Of a stretch of 64,000 bases of DNA, positions 43,038 to 57,800 are shown one piece after another. Source of the stretch: Azolla caroliniana. Its lineage: Eukaryota > Plantae > Polypodiophyta. The stretch is from NCBI GenBank assembly GCA_043228905.1, contig JBHGNT010000132.1, positions 6,597 through 70,596 on the forward strand, given 5' to 3'. The first letter of the stretch is position 1, and every line of letters starts with the position of its first letter. Position numbers and translations under genes: made by a program. The notes below the pieces were generated by a model. That model was not told the origin of the DNA and ran no database searches. It worked only from the letters and a program-made list of their open reading frames with translations.

Positions 43038-46000
43038 CTCCTACCTCTTCTTAACTCACTCCTCAAATTTGGTAATTTCGTCATGTCTCTCGACTTGAGT
43101 TTCAAAATCTTGATTTTTTAATTCCCCATCATAGCTAGCGTTGTTAGCTTCGATTCGCATGTTTGAAAACAAAAATACGATATGACACGAGTCAGGTATG
43201 AATATTTTAATTTACTCAAGGGCTCCTCTCAACTCACTCCTCAAATTTGGTAATTTCGTCATGTCTGTCAACCTGAGTTTCAAAATCTTGATTTTTTAAT
43301 TCCATATCATAACTAGCATTGTTAGCTTCGATTCGCATGTTTGAACACAAAAATCCGATATGACACGAGCCAGGTATGAACATTTTGATTTACTCAAGGG
43401 CTCCTCTCAACTCACTCCTCAAATTTGGTAATTTCGTCATGTCTCTCGACCTGAGTTTCAAAATCTTGATTTTCTAATTCCATATCATAGCTAGCGTTGT
43501 TAGCTTCGATTCGCATGTTTGAACACAAAACTCCGAAATGACACGAACCAGGTATGAACATTTTAATTTACTCAAGGGCTCCTCTCAACTCACTCCTCAA
43601 ATTTGGTAATTTCGTCATGTCTCTCGACCTGAGTTTCAAAATCTTGAGTTTTTAATTCCATATCATAGCTAGCATTGTTAGCTTCGATTCGCATGTTTGA
43701 ACACAAAAATCCGATATCACACGAGCCAGGTATGAACTATTTAATTTACCTCCTAGCTCTTCTCAACTCACTCCTCAAATTTGGAAATTTCGTCATGTCT
43801 CTCGACCTGAGTTTCAAAATCTTGATTTTTTAATTCCATATCATAGCTAGCGTTGTTAGCTTCGATTCGCATGTTTGAACACAAAACTCCGATATGACAC
43901 GAGCCAGGTATGAACATTTCGATTTACTCAAGGGGTCCTCTCAACTCACTCCTCAAATTTGGTAATTTCGTCATGTCTGTCGACCTGAGTTTCAAAATCT
44001 TGATTTTTTAATTCCATATAATAGCTAGCGTTGTTATCTTCGATTCGCATGTTTGAACACAAAAATCCGATATGACACGAGCCAGGTATGAACATTTTAA
44101 TTTACTCAAGGGCTCCTCTCAACTCACTACTCAAATTTGGTAATTTCGTCATGTCTGTCGACCTGAGTTTCAAAATCTTGATTTTTTAATTCCATATCAT
44201 AGCTAGCGTTGTTAGCTTCGATTCGCATGTTTGAACACAAAACTCCGATATCACACGAGCCAGGTATGAACATTTTCATTTACTCAAGGGCTCTTCTCAA
44301 CTCACTCCTCAAATTTGGTAATTTCGTCATGTCTGTCGACCTGAGTTTCAAAATCTTGATTTTTTAATTCCATATCATAACTAGCGTTGTTAGCTTCGAT
44401 TCGCAAGTTTGAACACAAAAATCCGATATCACACGAGCCAGGTATGAACATTTTCGTTTACCCACTAGCTGCTCTCAACTCACTCCTCAAATTTGGTAAT
44501 TTCGTCATGTCTGTCGACCTGAGTTTCAAAATCTTGATTTTTTAATTCCATATCATAGCTAGCGTTGTTAGTTTCGATTCGCATATTTGAACACAAAAAT
44601 CCGATATGACACGAGCTAGGTATGAATATTTTCGTTTACCCACTAGCTCGTCTTAACTCACTCCTCAAATTTGGTAATTTCATCATGTCTCTCGACCTGA
44701 GTTTCAAAATCTTGATTTTTTAATTCCATATCATAGCTAGCGTTGTTAGCTTCGATTCGCATGTTTGAACACAAAAATCCGATATGACACGAGCCAGGTA
44801 TGAACATTTTGATTTACTCAAGGGCTCCTCTCAACTCACTCCTCAAATTTGGTAATTTCTTCATGTCTGTCGACCTGAGTTTCAAAATCTTGATTTTTTA
44901 ATTCCATATCATAGCTAGCGTTGTTAGCTTCGATTCGCATGTTTGAACACAAAAATCCGATATCACACGAGCCAGGTATGAACATTTTCATTTACTCAAG
45001 GGCTCCTCTCCACTACTTCCTCAAGTTTGCTAATTTCGTCATGTCTCTCGACCTGAGTTTCAAAATCTTGATTTTTTAATTCCATATCATAGCTAGCGTT
45101 GTTAGCTTCGATTCGCATGTTTGAACACAAAACTCCGAAATGACACGAACCAGGTATGAACATTTTAATTTACTCAAGGGCTCCTCTCAACTCACTCCTC
45201 AAATTTGGTAATTTCGTCATGTCTGTCGACTTGAGTTTCAAAATCTTGATTTTTTAATTCCATATCATAGCTAGCATTGTTAGCTTCGATTCGCATGTTT
45301 GAACACAAAAATCCGATATCACACGAGCCAGGTATGAACTATTTAATTTACCTCCTAGCTCTTCTCAACTCACTCCTCAAATTTGGAAATTTCGTCATGT
45401 CTCTCGACCTGAGTTTCAAAATCTTGATTTTTTAATTCCATATCATAGCTAGCGTTGTTAGCTTCGATTCGCATGTTTGAACACAAAACTCCGATATGAC
45501 ACGAGCCAGGTATGAACATTTCGATTTACTCAAGGGCTCCTCTCAACTCACTCCTCAAATTTGGTAATTTCGTCATGTCTGTCGACCTGAGTTTCAAAAT
45601 CTTGATTTTTTAATTCCATATAATAGCTAGCGTTGTTATCTTCGATTCGCATGTTTGAACAAAAAACTCCGATATGACACGAGCCAGGTATGAACATTTT
45701 AATTTACTCAAGGGCTCCTCTCAACTCACTACTCAAATTTGGTAATTTCGTCATGTCTGTCGACCTGAGTTTCAAAATCTTGATTTTTTAATTCCATAAC
45801 ATAGCTAGCGTTGTTAGCTTCGATTCGCATGTTTGAACACAAAACTCCGATATCACACGAGCCAGGTATGAACATTTTCATTTACTCAAGGGCTCTTCTC
45901 AACTCACTCCTCAAATTTGGTAATTTCGTCATGTCTGTCGACCTGAGTTTCAAAATCTTGATTTTTTAATTCCATATCATAACTAGCGTTGTTAGCTTCG

Positions 46001-49000
46001 ATTCGCAAGTTTGAACACAAAAATCCGATATCACACGAGCTAGGTATGAACATTTTCGTTTACCCACTAGCTGCTCTCAACTCACTCCTCAAATTTGGTA
46101 ATTTCGTCATGTCTGTCGACCTGAGTTTCAAAATCTTGATTTTTTAATTCCATATCATAGCTAGCGTTGTTAGCTTCGATTCGCATATTTGAACACAAAA
46201 ATCCGATATGACACGAGCTAGGTATGAATATTTTCGTTTACCCACTAGCTCGTCTTAACTCACTCCTCAAATTTGGTAATTTCGTCATGTCTCTCGACCT
46301 GAGTTTCAAAATCTTGATTTTTTAATTCCATATCATAGCTAGCGTTGTTAGCTTCGATTCGCATGTTTGAACACAAAAATCCGATATGACACGAGCCAGG
46401 TATGAACATTTTGATTTACTCAAGGGCTCCTCTCAACTCACTCCTCAAATTTGGTAATTTCTTCATGTCTGTCGACCTGAGTTTCAAAATCTTGATTTTT
46501 TAATTCCATATCATAGCTAGCGTTGTTAGCTTCGATTCGCATGTTTGAACACAAAAATCCGATATCACACGAGCCAGGTATGAACATTTTCATTTACTCA
46601 AGGGCTCCTCTCCACTACTTCCTCAAGTTTGCTAATTTCGTCATGTCTCTCGACCTGAGTTTCAAAATCTTGATTTTTTAATTCCATATCATAGGTAGTG
46701 TTGTTAGCTTCGATTTGCATGTTTGAACACAAAAATCCGATATGACACGAGCCAGGTATGAACATTTTAATTTACTCAAGGGCTCCTCTCAACTCACTCC
46801 TCAAATATGGTAATTTCGTCGTGTCTGTCGACCTGAGTTTTAAAATCTTGATTTTTAAATTCCATATCATAGCTAGCGTTGTTAGCTTCGATTCGCATGT
46901 TTGAACACAGAAATCGGATATCACACGAGCCAGGTATGAACATTTTAATTTACCTCCTAGCTCTTCTTAACTCACTCCTCAAATTTGGTAATTTCGTCAT
47001 GTCTCTCGACTTGAGTTTCAAAATCTTGATTTTTTAATTCCCCATCATAGCTAGCGTTGTTAGCTTCGATTCGCATGTTTGAAAACAAAAATACGATATG
47101 ACACGAGTCAGGTATGAATATTTTAATTTACCTCCTAGCTCTTCTTAACTCACTCCTCAAATTTGGTAATTTCGTCATGTCTCTCGACTTGAGTTTCAAA
47201 ATCTTGATTTTTTAATTCCCCATCATAGCTAGCGTTGTTAGCTTCGATTCGCATGTTTGAAAACAAAAATACGATATGACACGAGTCAGGTATGAATATT
47301 TTAATTTACTCAAGGGCTCCTCTCAACTCACTCCTCAAATTTGGTAATTTCGTCATGTCTGTCAACCTGAGTTTCAAAATCTTGATTTTTTAATTCCATA
47401 TCATAACTAGCATTGTTAGCTTCGATTCGCATGTTTGAACACAAAAATCCGATATGACACGAGCCAGGTATGAACATTTTGATTTACTCAAGGGCTCCTC
47501 TCAACTCACTCCTCAAATTTGGTAATTTCGTCATGTCTCTCGACCTGAGTTTCAAAATCTTGATTTTCTAATTCCATATCATAGCTAGCGTTGTTAGCTT
47601 CGATTCGCATGTTTGAACACAAAACTCCGAAATGACACGAACCAGGTATGAACATTTTAATTTACTCAAGGGCTCCTCTCAACTCACTCCTCAAATTTGG
47701 TAATTTCGTCATGTCTCTCGACCTGAGTTTCAAAATCTTGAGTTTTTAATTCCATATCATAGCTAGCATTGTTAGCTTCGATTCGCATGTTTGAACACAA
47801 AAATCCGATATCACACGAGCCAGGTATGAACTATTTAATTTACCTCCTAGCTCTTCTCAACTCACTCCTCAAATTTGGAAATTTCGTCATGTCTCTCGAC
47901 CTGAGTTTCAAAATCTTGATTTTTTAATTCCATATCATAGCTAGCGTTGTTAGCTTCGATTCGCATGTTTGAACACAAAACTCCGATATGACACGAGCCA
48001 GGTATGAACATTTCGATTTACTCAAGGGGTCCTCTCAACTCACTCCTCAAATTTGGTAATTTCGTCATGTCTGTCGACCTGAGTTTCAAAATCTTGATTT
48101 TTTAATTCCATATAATAGCTAGCGTTGTTATCTTCGATTCGCATGTTTGAACACAAAACTCCGATATGACACGAGCCAGGTATGAACATTTTAATTTACT
48201 CAAGGGCTCCTCTCAACTCACTACTCAAATTTGGTAATTTCGTCATGTCTGTCGACCTGAGTTTCAAAATCTTGATTTTTTAATTCCATATCATAGCTAG
48301 CGTTGTTAGCTTCGATTCGCATGTTTGAACACAAAACTCCGATATCACACGAGCCAGGTATGAACATTTTCATTTACTCAAGGGCTCTTCTCAACTCACT
48401 CCTCAAATTTGGTAATTTCGTCATGTCTGTCGACCTGAGTTTCAAAATCTTGATTTTTTAATTCCATATCATAACTAGCGTTGTTAGCTTCGATTCGCAA
48501 GTTTGAACACAAAAATCCGATATCACACGAGCCAGGTATGAACATTTTCGTTTACCCACTAGCTGCTCTCAACTCACTCCTCAAATTTGGTAATTTCGTC
48601 ATGTCTGTCGACCTGAGTTTCAAAATCTTGATTTTTTAATTCCATATCATAGCTAGCGTTGTTAGCTTCGATTCGCATATTTGAACACAAAAATCCGATA
48701 TGACACGAGCTAGGTATGAATATTTTCGTTTACCCACTAGCTCGTCTTAACTCACTCCTCAAATTTGGTAATTTCATCATGTCTCTCGACCTGAGTTTAA
48801 AAATCTTGATTTTTTAATTCCATATCATAGCTAGCGTTGTTAGCTTCGATTCGCATGTTTGAACACAAAAATCCGATATGACACGAGCCAGGTATGAACA
48901 TTTTGATTTACTCAAGGGCTCCTCTCAACTCACTCCTCAAATTTGGTAATTTCTTCATGTCTGTCGACCTGAGTTTCAAAATCTTGATTTTTTAATTCCA

Positions 49001-52000
49001 TATCATAGCTAGCGTTGTTAGCTTCGATTCGCATGTTTGAACACAAAAATCCGATATCACACGAGCCAGGTATGAACATTTTCATTTACTCAAGGGCTCC
49101 TCTCCACTACTTCCTCAAGTTTGCTAATTTCGTCATGTCTCTCGACCTGAGTTTCAAAATCTTGATTTTTTAATTCCATATCATAGGTAGTGTTGTTAGC
49201 TTCGATTTGCATGTTTGAACACAAAAATCCGATATGACACGAGCCAGGTATGAACATTTTAATTTACTCAAGGGCTCCTCTCAACTCACTCCTCAAATAT
49301 GGTAATTTCGTCCTGTCTGTCGACCTGAGTTTTAAAATCTTGATTTTTTAATTCCATATCATAGCTAGCGTTGTTAGCTTCGATTCGCATGTTTGAACAC
49401 AGAAATCGGATATTACACGAGCCAGGTATGAACATTTTAATTTACCTCCTAGCTCTTCTTAACTCACTCCTCAAATTTGGTAATTTCGTCATGTCTCTCG
49501 ACTTGAGTTTCAAAATCTTGATTTTTTAATTCCCCATCATAGCTAGCGTTGTTAGCTTCGATTCGCATGTTTGAAAACAAAAATACGATATGACACGAGT
49601 GAGGTATGAATATTTTAATTTACTCAAGGGCTCCTCTCAACTCACTCCTCAAATTTGGTAATTTCGTCATGTCTGTCAACCTTAGTTTCAAAATCTTGAT
49701 TTTTTAATTCCATATCATAACTAGCATTGGTAGCTTCGATTCGCATGTTTGAACACAAAAATCCGATATGACACGAGCCAGGTATGAACATTTTGATTTA
49801 CTCAAGGGCTCCTCTCAACTCACTCCTCAAATTTGGTAATTTCGTCATGTCTCTCGACCTAAGTTTCAAAATCTTGATTTTCTAATTCCATATCATAGCT
49901 AGCGTTGTTAGCTTCGATTCGCATGTTTGAACACAAAACTCCGAAATGACACGAACCAGGTATGAACATTTTAATTTACTCAAGGGCTCCTCTCAACTCA
50001 CTCCTCAAATTTGGTAATTTCCTCATGTCTGTCGACTTGAGTTTCAAAATCTTGATTTTTTAATTCCATATCATAGCTAGCATTGTTAGCTTCGATTCGC
50101 ATGTTTGAACACAAAAATCCGATATCACACGAGCCAGGTATGAACTATTTAATTTACCTCCTAGCTCTTCTCAACTCACTACTCAAATTTGGAAATTTCG
50201 TCATGTCTCTCGACCTGAGTTTTAAAAATCTTGATTTTTTAATTCCATATAATAGCTAGCGCTGTTAGCTTCGATTCGCATGTTTGAACACAAAACTCCG
50301 ATATGACACGAGCCAGGTATGAACATTTTAATTTACTCAAGGGCTCCTCTCAACTCACTACTCAAATTTGGTAATTTCGTCATGTCTGTCGACCTGAGTT
50401 TCAAAATCTTGATTTTTTAATTCCATATCATAGCTAGCGTCTTTAGCTTCGATTCGCATGTTTGAACACAAAACTCCGATATCACACGAGCCAGGTATGA
50501 ACATTTTCATTTATTCAAGGGCTCTTCTCAACTCACTCCTCAAATTTGGAAATTTCGTCATGTCTCTCGACCTGAGTTTCAAAATCTTGAGTTTTTAATT
50601 CCCCATCATAGGTAGCGTTGTTAGCTTCGATTCGCATGATTGAAAACAAAAATATGATATGACACGAGTCAGGTATGAATATTTTAATTTACTCAAGGGC
50701 TCCTCTCAACTCATTCCTCAAATTTGGTAATTTCGTCATGTCTGTCAACCTGAGTTTCAAAATCTTGATTTTTTAATTCCATATCATAACTAGCGTTGTT
50801 AGCTTCGATTCGCATGTTTGAACACAAAAATCCGATATGACACGAGCCAGGTATGAACATTTTGATTTACTCAAGGGCTCCTCTCAACTCACCCCTCAAA
50901 TTTGGTAAGTTCGTCATGTCTCTCGACCTGAGTTTCAAAATCTTGATTTTTTAATTCCATATCATAGCTAGCGTTGTTATCTTCGATTCGCATGTTTGAA
51001 CACAAAACTCCGATATGACACGAGCCAGGTATGAACATTTTAATTTACTCAAGGGCTCCTCTCAACTCACTCCTCAAATATGGTAATTTCGTCGTGTCTG
51101 TCGACCTGAGTTTCAAAATCTTGATTTTTTAATTCCATATCATAGCTAGCGTTGTTAGCTTCGATTCGCATGTTTGAACACAGAAATCGGATATCACACG
51201 AGCCAGGTATGAACATTTTAATTTACCTCCTAGCTCTTCTTAACTCACTCCTCAAATTTGGTAATTTCGTCATGTCTCTCGACTTGAGTTTCAAAATCTT
51301 GATTTTTTAATTCCCCATCATAGCTAGCGTTGTTAGCTTCGATTCGCATGTTTGAAAACAAAAATACGATATGACACGAGTCAGGTATGAATATTTTAAT
51401 TTACTCAAGGGCTCCTCTCAACTCACTCCTCAAATTTGGTAATTTCGTCATGTCTGTCAACCTTAGTTTCAAAATCTTGATTTTTTAATTCCATATCATA
51501 ACTAGCATTGGTAGCTTCGATTCGCATGTTTGAACACAAAAATCCGATATGACACGAGCCAGGTATGAACATTTTGATTTACTCAAGGGCTCCTCTCAAC
51601 TCACTCCTCAAATTTGGTAATTTCGTCATGTCTCTCGACCTGAGTTTCAAAATCTTGATTTTCTAATTCCATATCATAGCTAGCGTTGTTAGCTTCGATT
51701 CGCATGTTTGAACACAAAACTCCGAAATGACACAAACCAGGTATGAACATTTTAATTTACTCAAGGGCTCCTCTCAACTCACTCCTCAAATTTGGTAATT
51801 TCGTCATGTCTGTCGACTTGAGTTTCAAAATCTTGATTTTTTAATTCCATATCATAGCTAGCGTTGTTAGCTTCGATTCGCATGTTTGAAAACAAAAATA
51901 CGATATGACACGAGTGAGGTATGAATATTTTAATTTACTCAAGGGCTCCTCTCAACTCACTCCTCAAATTTGGTAATTTCGTCATGTCTGTCAACCTTAG

Positions 52001-54654
52001 TTTCAAAATCTTGATTTTTTAATTCCATATCATAACTAGCATTGGTAGCTTCGATTCGCATGTTTGAACACAAAAATCCGATATGACACGAGCCAGGTAT
52101 GAACATTTTGATTTACTCAAGGGCTCCTCTCAACTCACTCCTCAAATTTGGTAATTTCGTCATGTCTCTCGACCTGAGTTTCAAAATCTTGATTTTCTAA
52201 TTCCATATCATAGCTAGCGTTGTTAGCTTCGATTCGCATGTTTGAACACAAAACTCCGAAATGACACGAACCAGGTATGAACATTTTAATTTACTCAAGG
52301 GCTCCTCTCAACTCACTCCTCAAATTTGGTAATTTCCTCATGTCTGTCGACTTGAGTTTCAAAATCTTGATTTTTTAATTCCATATCATAGCTAGCATTG
52401 TTAGCTTCGATTCGCATGTTTGAACACAAAAATCCGATATCACACGAGCCAGGTATGAACTATTTAATTTACCTCCTAGCTCTTCTCAACTCACTACTCA
52501 AATTTGGAAATTTCGTCATGTCTCTCGACCTGAGTTTTAAAAATCTTGATTTTTTAATTCCATATAATAGCTAGCGCTGTTAGCTTCGATTCGCATGTTT
52601 GAACACAAAACTCCGATATGACACGAGCCAGGTATGAACATTTTAATTTACTCAAGGGCTCCTCTCAACTCACTACTCAAATTTGGTAATTTCGTCATGT
52701 CTGTCGACCTGAGTTTCAAAATCTTGATTTTTTAATTCCATATCATAGCTAGCGTCTTTAGCTTCGATTCGCATGTTTGAACACAAAACTCCGATATCAC
52801 ACGAGCCAGGTATGAACATTTTCATTTATTCAAGGGCTCTTCTCAACTCACTCCTCAAATTTGGAAATTTCGTCATGTCTCTCGACCTGAGTTTCAAAAT
52901 CTTGAGTTTTTAATTCCCCATCATAGGTAGCGTTGTTAGCTTCGATTCGCATGATTGAAAACAAAAATATGATATGACACGAGTCAGGTATGAATATTTT
53001 AATTTACTCAAGGGCTCCTCTCAACTCATTCCTCAAATTTGGTAATTTCGTCATGTCTGTCAACCTGAGTTTCAAAATCTTGATTTTTTAATTCCATATC
53101 ATAACTAGCGTTGTTAGCTTCGATTCGCATGTTTGAACACAAAAATCCGATATGACACGAGCCAGGTATGAACATTTTGATTTACTCAAGGGCTCCTCTC
53201 AACTCACCCCTCAAATTTGGTAAGTTCGTCATGTCTCTCGACCTGAGTTTCAAAATCTTGATTTTTTAATTCCATATCATAGCTAGCGTTGTTATCTTCG
53301 ATTCGCATGTTTGAACACAAAACTCCGATATGACACGAGCCAGGTATGAACATTTTAATTTACTCAAGGGCTCCTCTCAACTCACTCCTCAAATATGGTA
53401 ATTTCGTCGTGTCTGTCGACCTGAGTTTCAAAATCTTGATTTTTTAATTCCATATCATAGCTAGCGTTGTTAGCTTCGATTCGCATGTTTGAACACAGAA
53501 ATCGGATATCACACGAGCCAGGTATGAACATTTTAATTTACCTCCTAGCTCTTCTTAACTCACTCCTCAAATTTGGTAATTTCGTCATGTCTCTCGACTT
53601 GAGTTTCAAAATCTTGATTTTTTAATTCCCCATCATAGCTAGCGTTGTTAGCTTCGATTCGCATGTTTGAAAACAAAAATACGATATGACACGAGTCAGG
53701 TATGAATATTTTAATTTACTCAAGGGCTCCTCTCAACTCACTCCTCAAATTTGGTAATTTCGTCATGTCTGTCAACCTTAGTTTCAAAATCTTGATTTTT
53801 TAATTCCATATCATAACTAGCATTGGTAGCTTCGATTCGCATGTTTGAACACAAAAATCCGATATGACACGAGCCAGGTATGAACATTTTGATTTACTCA
53901 AGGGCTCCTCTCAACTCACTCCTCAAATTTGGTAATTTCGTCATGTCTCTCGACCTGAGTTTCAAAATCTTGATTTTCTAATTCCATATCATAGCTAGCG
54001 TTGTTAGCTTCGATTCGCATGTTTGAACACAAAACTCCGAAATGACACAAACCAGGTATGAACATTTTAATTTACTCAAGGGCTCCTCTCAACTCACTCC
54101 TCAAATTTGGTAATTTCGTCATGTCTGTCGACTTGAGTTTCAAAATCTTGATTTTTTAATTCCATATCATAGCTAGCATTGTTAGCTTCGATTCGCATGT
54201 TTGAACACAAAAATCCGATATCACACGAGCCAGGTATGAACTATTTAATTTACCTCCTAGCTCTTCTCAACTCACTACTCAAATTTGGAAATTTCGTCAT
54301 GTCTCTCGACCTGAGTTTTAAAAATCTTGATTTTTTAATTCCATATAATAGCTAGCGCTGTTAGCTTCGATTCGCATGTTTGAACACAAAACTCCGATAT
54401 CACACGAGCCAGGTATGAACATTTTCATTTACTCAAGGGTTCTTCTCAACTCACTCCTCAAATTTGGTAATTTCGTCATGTCTGTCGACCTGAGTTTCAA
54501 AATCTTGATTTTTTAATTTCATATCATAGCTAGCGTTGTTAGCTTCGATTCGCATGTTTGAACACAAAAATCCGATATCACACGAGCCAGGTATGAACTA
54601 TTTAATTTACCTCCTAGCTCTTCTCAACTCACTCCTCAAATTTGGAAATTTCGT

Positions 54655-54806
54655 CATAGATTTTTTAATTCCATATCATAACTAGCGTTGTTAGCTTCGA
54701 TTCGCATGTTTGAACACAAAAATCCGATATGACACGAGCCAGGTATGAACATTTTGATTTACTCAAGGGCTCCTCTCAACTCACCCCTCAAATTTGGTAA
54801 GTTCGT
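54655..54806. repeat. truncated 152-bp monomer (27 bp replaced by a single A, net -26)
   Basis: TCGTCAT-A-GATTTTTTAA replaces TCGTCAT-GTCTCTCGACCTGAGTTTCAAAATCTT-GATTTTTTAA. The next monomer starts at 54807. Confidence 0.93.
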
Positions 54807-57800
54807 CATGTCTCTCGACCTGAGTTTAAAAATCTTGATTTTTTAATTCCATATCATAGGTAGTGTTGTTAGCTTCGATTTGCATGTTTGAACACAAAAA
54901 TCCGATATGACACGAGCCAGGTATGAACATTTTAATTTACTCAAGGGCTCCTCTCAACTCACTCCCTAAATTTGGTAATTTCGTCGTGTCTGTCGACCTG
55001 AGTTTTAAAATCTTGATTTTTTAATTCCATATCATAGCTAGCGTTGTTAGCTTCGATTCGCATGTTTGAACACAGAAATCCGATATCACACGAGCCAGGT
55101 ATGAACATTTTAATTTACCTCCTAGCTCTTCTTAACTCACTTCTCAAATTTGGTAATTTCGTCATGTCTCTCGACTTGAGTTTCAAAATCTTGATTTTTT
55201 AATTCCCCATCATAGCTAGCGTTGTTAGCTTCGATTCGCATGTTTGAAAACAAAAATACGATATGACACGAGTCAGGTATGAATATTTTAATTTACTCAA
55301 GGGCTCCTCTCAACTCACTCCTCAAATTTGGTAATTTCGTCATGTCTGTCAACCTGAGTTTCAAAATCTTGATTTTTTAATTCCATATCATAACTAGCAT
55401 TGTTAGCTTCGATTCGCATGTTTGAACACAAAAATCCGATATGACACGAACCAGGTATGAACATTTTAATTTACTCAAGGGCTCCTCTCAACTCACTCCT
55501 CAAATTTGGTAATTTCGTCATGTCTGTCGACTTGAGTTTCAAAATCTTGATTTTTTAATTCCATATCATAGCTAGCATTGTTAGCTTCGATTCGCATGTT
55601 TGAACACAAAAATCCGATATCACACGAGCCAGGTATGAACTATTTAATTTACCTCCTAGCTCTTCTCAACTCACTCCTCAAATTTGGAAATTTCGTCATG
55701 TCTCTCGACCTGAGTTTCAAAATCTTGATTTTTTAATTCCATATAATAGCTAGCGCTGTTAGCTTCGATTCGCATGTTTGAACACAAAACTCCGATATGA
55801 CACGAGCCAGGTATGAACATTTTAATTTACTCAAGGGCTCCTCTCAACTCACTACTCAAATTTGGTAATTTCGTCATGTCTGTCAACCTGAGTTTCAAAA
55901 TCTTGATTTTTTAATTCCATATCATAGCTAGCGTTGTTAGCTTCGATTCGCATGTTTGAACACAAAACTCCGATATCACACGAGCCAGGTATGAACATTT
56001 TCATTTACTCAAGGGCTCTTCTCAACTCACTCCTCAAATTTGGTAATTTCCTCATGTCTGTCGACCTGAGATTCAAAATCTTGATTTTTTAATTCCATAT
56101 CATAACTAGCGTTGTTAGCTTCGATTCGCATGTTTGAACACAAAAATCCGATATCACACGAGCTAGGTATGAACATTTTCGTTTACCCACTAGCTCGTCT
56201 TAACTCACTCCTCAAATTTGGTAATTTCATCATGTCTCTCGACCTGAGTTTCTAAATCTTGATTTCTTAATTCCATATCATAGCTAGGGTTGTTAGCTTC
56301 GATTCGCATGTTTGAACACAAAAATCCGATATCACACGTGCCAGGTATGAACATTTTAATTTACTGAAGGGCTCCTCTCAACTCACTCCTCAAATTTGGT
56401 AATTTCTTCATGTCTCTCGACCTGAGTTTCAAAATCTTGATTTTTTAATTCCATATCATAGCTAGCATTGTTAGCTTCGATTCGCATGTTTGAACACAAA
56501 AATCCGATATCACACGAGCCAGGTATGAACTATTTAATTTACCTCCTAGCTCTTCTCAACTCACTCCTCAAATTTGGAAATTTTGTCATGTCTCTCGACC
56601 TGAGTTTCAAAATCTTGATTTTTTAATTCCATATAATAGCTAGCGTTGTTATCTTCGATTCGCATGTTTGAACACAAAACTCCGATATGACACGAGCCAG
56701 GTATGAACATTTTAATTTACTCAAGGGCTCCTCTCAACTCACTACTCAAATTTGGTAATTTCGTCATGTCTGTCGACCTGAGTTTCAAAATCTTGATTTT
56801 TTAATTCCATATCATAGCTAGCGTTGTTAGCTTCGATTCGCATGTTTGAACACAAAACTCCGATATCACACGAGCCAGGTATGAACATTTTCATTTACTC
56901 AAGGGCTCTTCTCAACTCACTCCTCAAATTTGGTAATTTCGTCATGTCTGTCGACCTGAGTTTCAAAATCTTGATTTTTTAATTCCATATCATAACTAGC
57001 GTTGTTAGCTTCGATTCGCAAGTTTGAACACAAAAATCCGATATCACACGAGCTAGGTATGAACATTTTCGTTTACCCACTAGCTGCTCTCAACTCACTC
57101 CTCAAATTTGGTAATTTCGTCATGTCTGTCGACCTGAGTTTCAAAATCTTGATTTTTTAATTCCATATCATAGCTAGCGTTGTTAGCTTCGATTCGCATA
57201 TTTGAACACAAAAATCCGATATGACACGAGCTAGGTATGAATATTGTCGTTTACCCACTAGCTCGTCTTAACTCACTCCTCAAATTTGGTAATTTCATCA
57301 TGTCTCTCGACCTGAGTTTCAAAATCTTCATTTTTTAATTCCATATCATAGCTAGCGTTGTTAGCTTCGATTCGCATGTTTGAACACAAAAATCCGATAT
57401 GACACGAGCCAGGTATGAACATTTTGATTTACTCAAGGGCTCCTCTCAACTCACTCCTCAAATTTGGTAATTTCTTCATGTCTCTCGACCTGAGTTTCAA
57501 AATCTTGATTTTTTAATTCCATATCATAGCTAGCGTTGTTAGCTTTGATTCGCATGTTTGAACACAAAAATCCGATATCACACGAGCCAGGTATGAACAT
57601 TTTCATTTACTCAAGGGCTCCTCTCCACTACTTCCTCAAGTTTGCTAATTTCGTCATGTCTCTCGACCTGAGTTTCAAAATCTTGATTTTTTAATTCCAT
57701 ATCATAGGTAGTGTTGTTAGCTTCGATTTGCATGTTTGAACACAAAAATCCGATATGACACGAGCCAGGTATGAACATTTTAATTTACTCAAGGGCTCCT

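Larger units (their letters stand above)
32083..53719. repeat. 60-monomer (10682 bp) tandem duplication, two near-identical copies
   Basis: Private variants pair at an offset of 10682 (60x178+2): CAAGGGGTCC 33247/43929 and 37341/48023; GTTTGAACAAAAAAC 34971/45653; AAATCGGATATTAC 38721/49403; CGAAATGACACAAACC 41041/51723. Confidence 0.93.
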
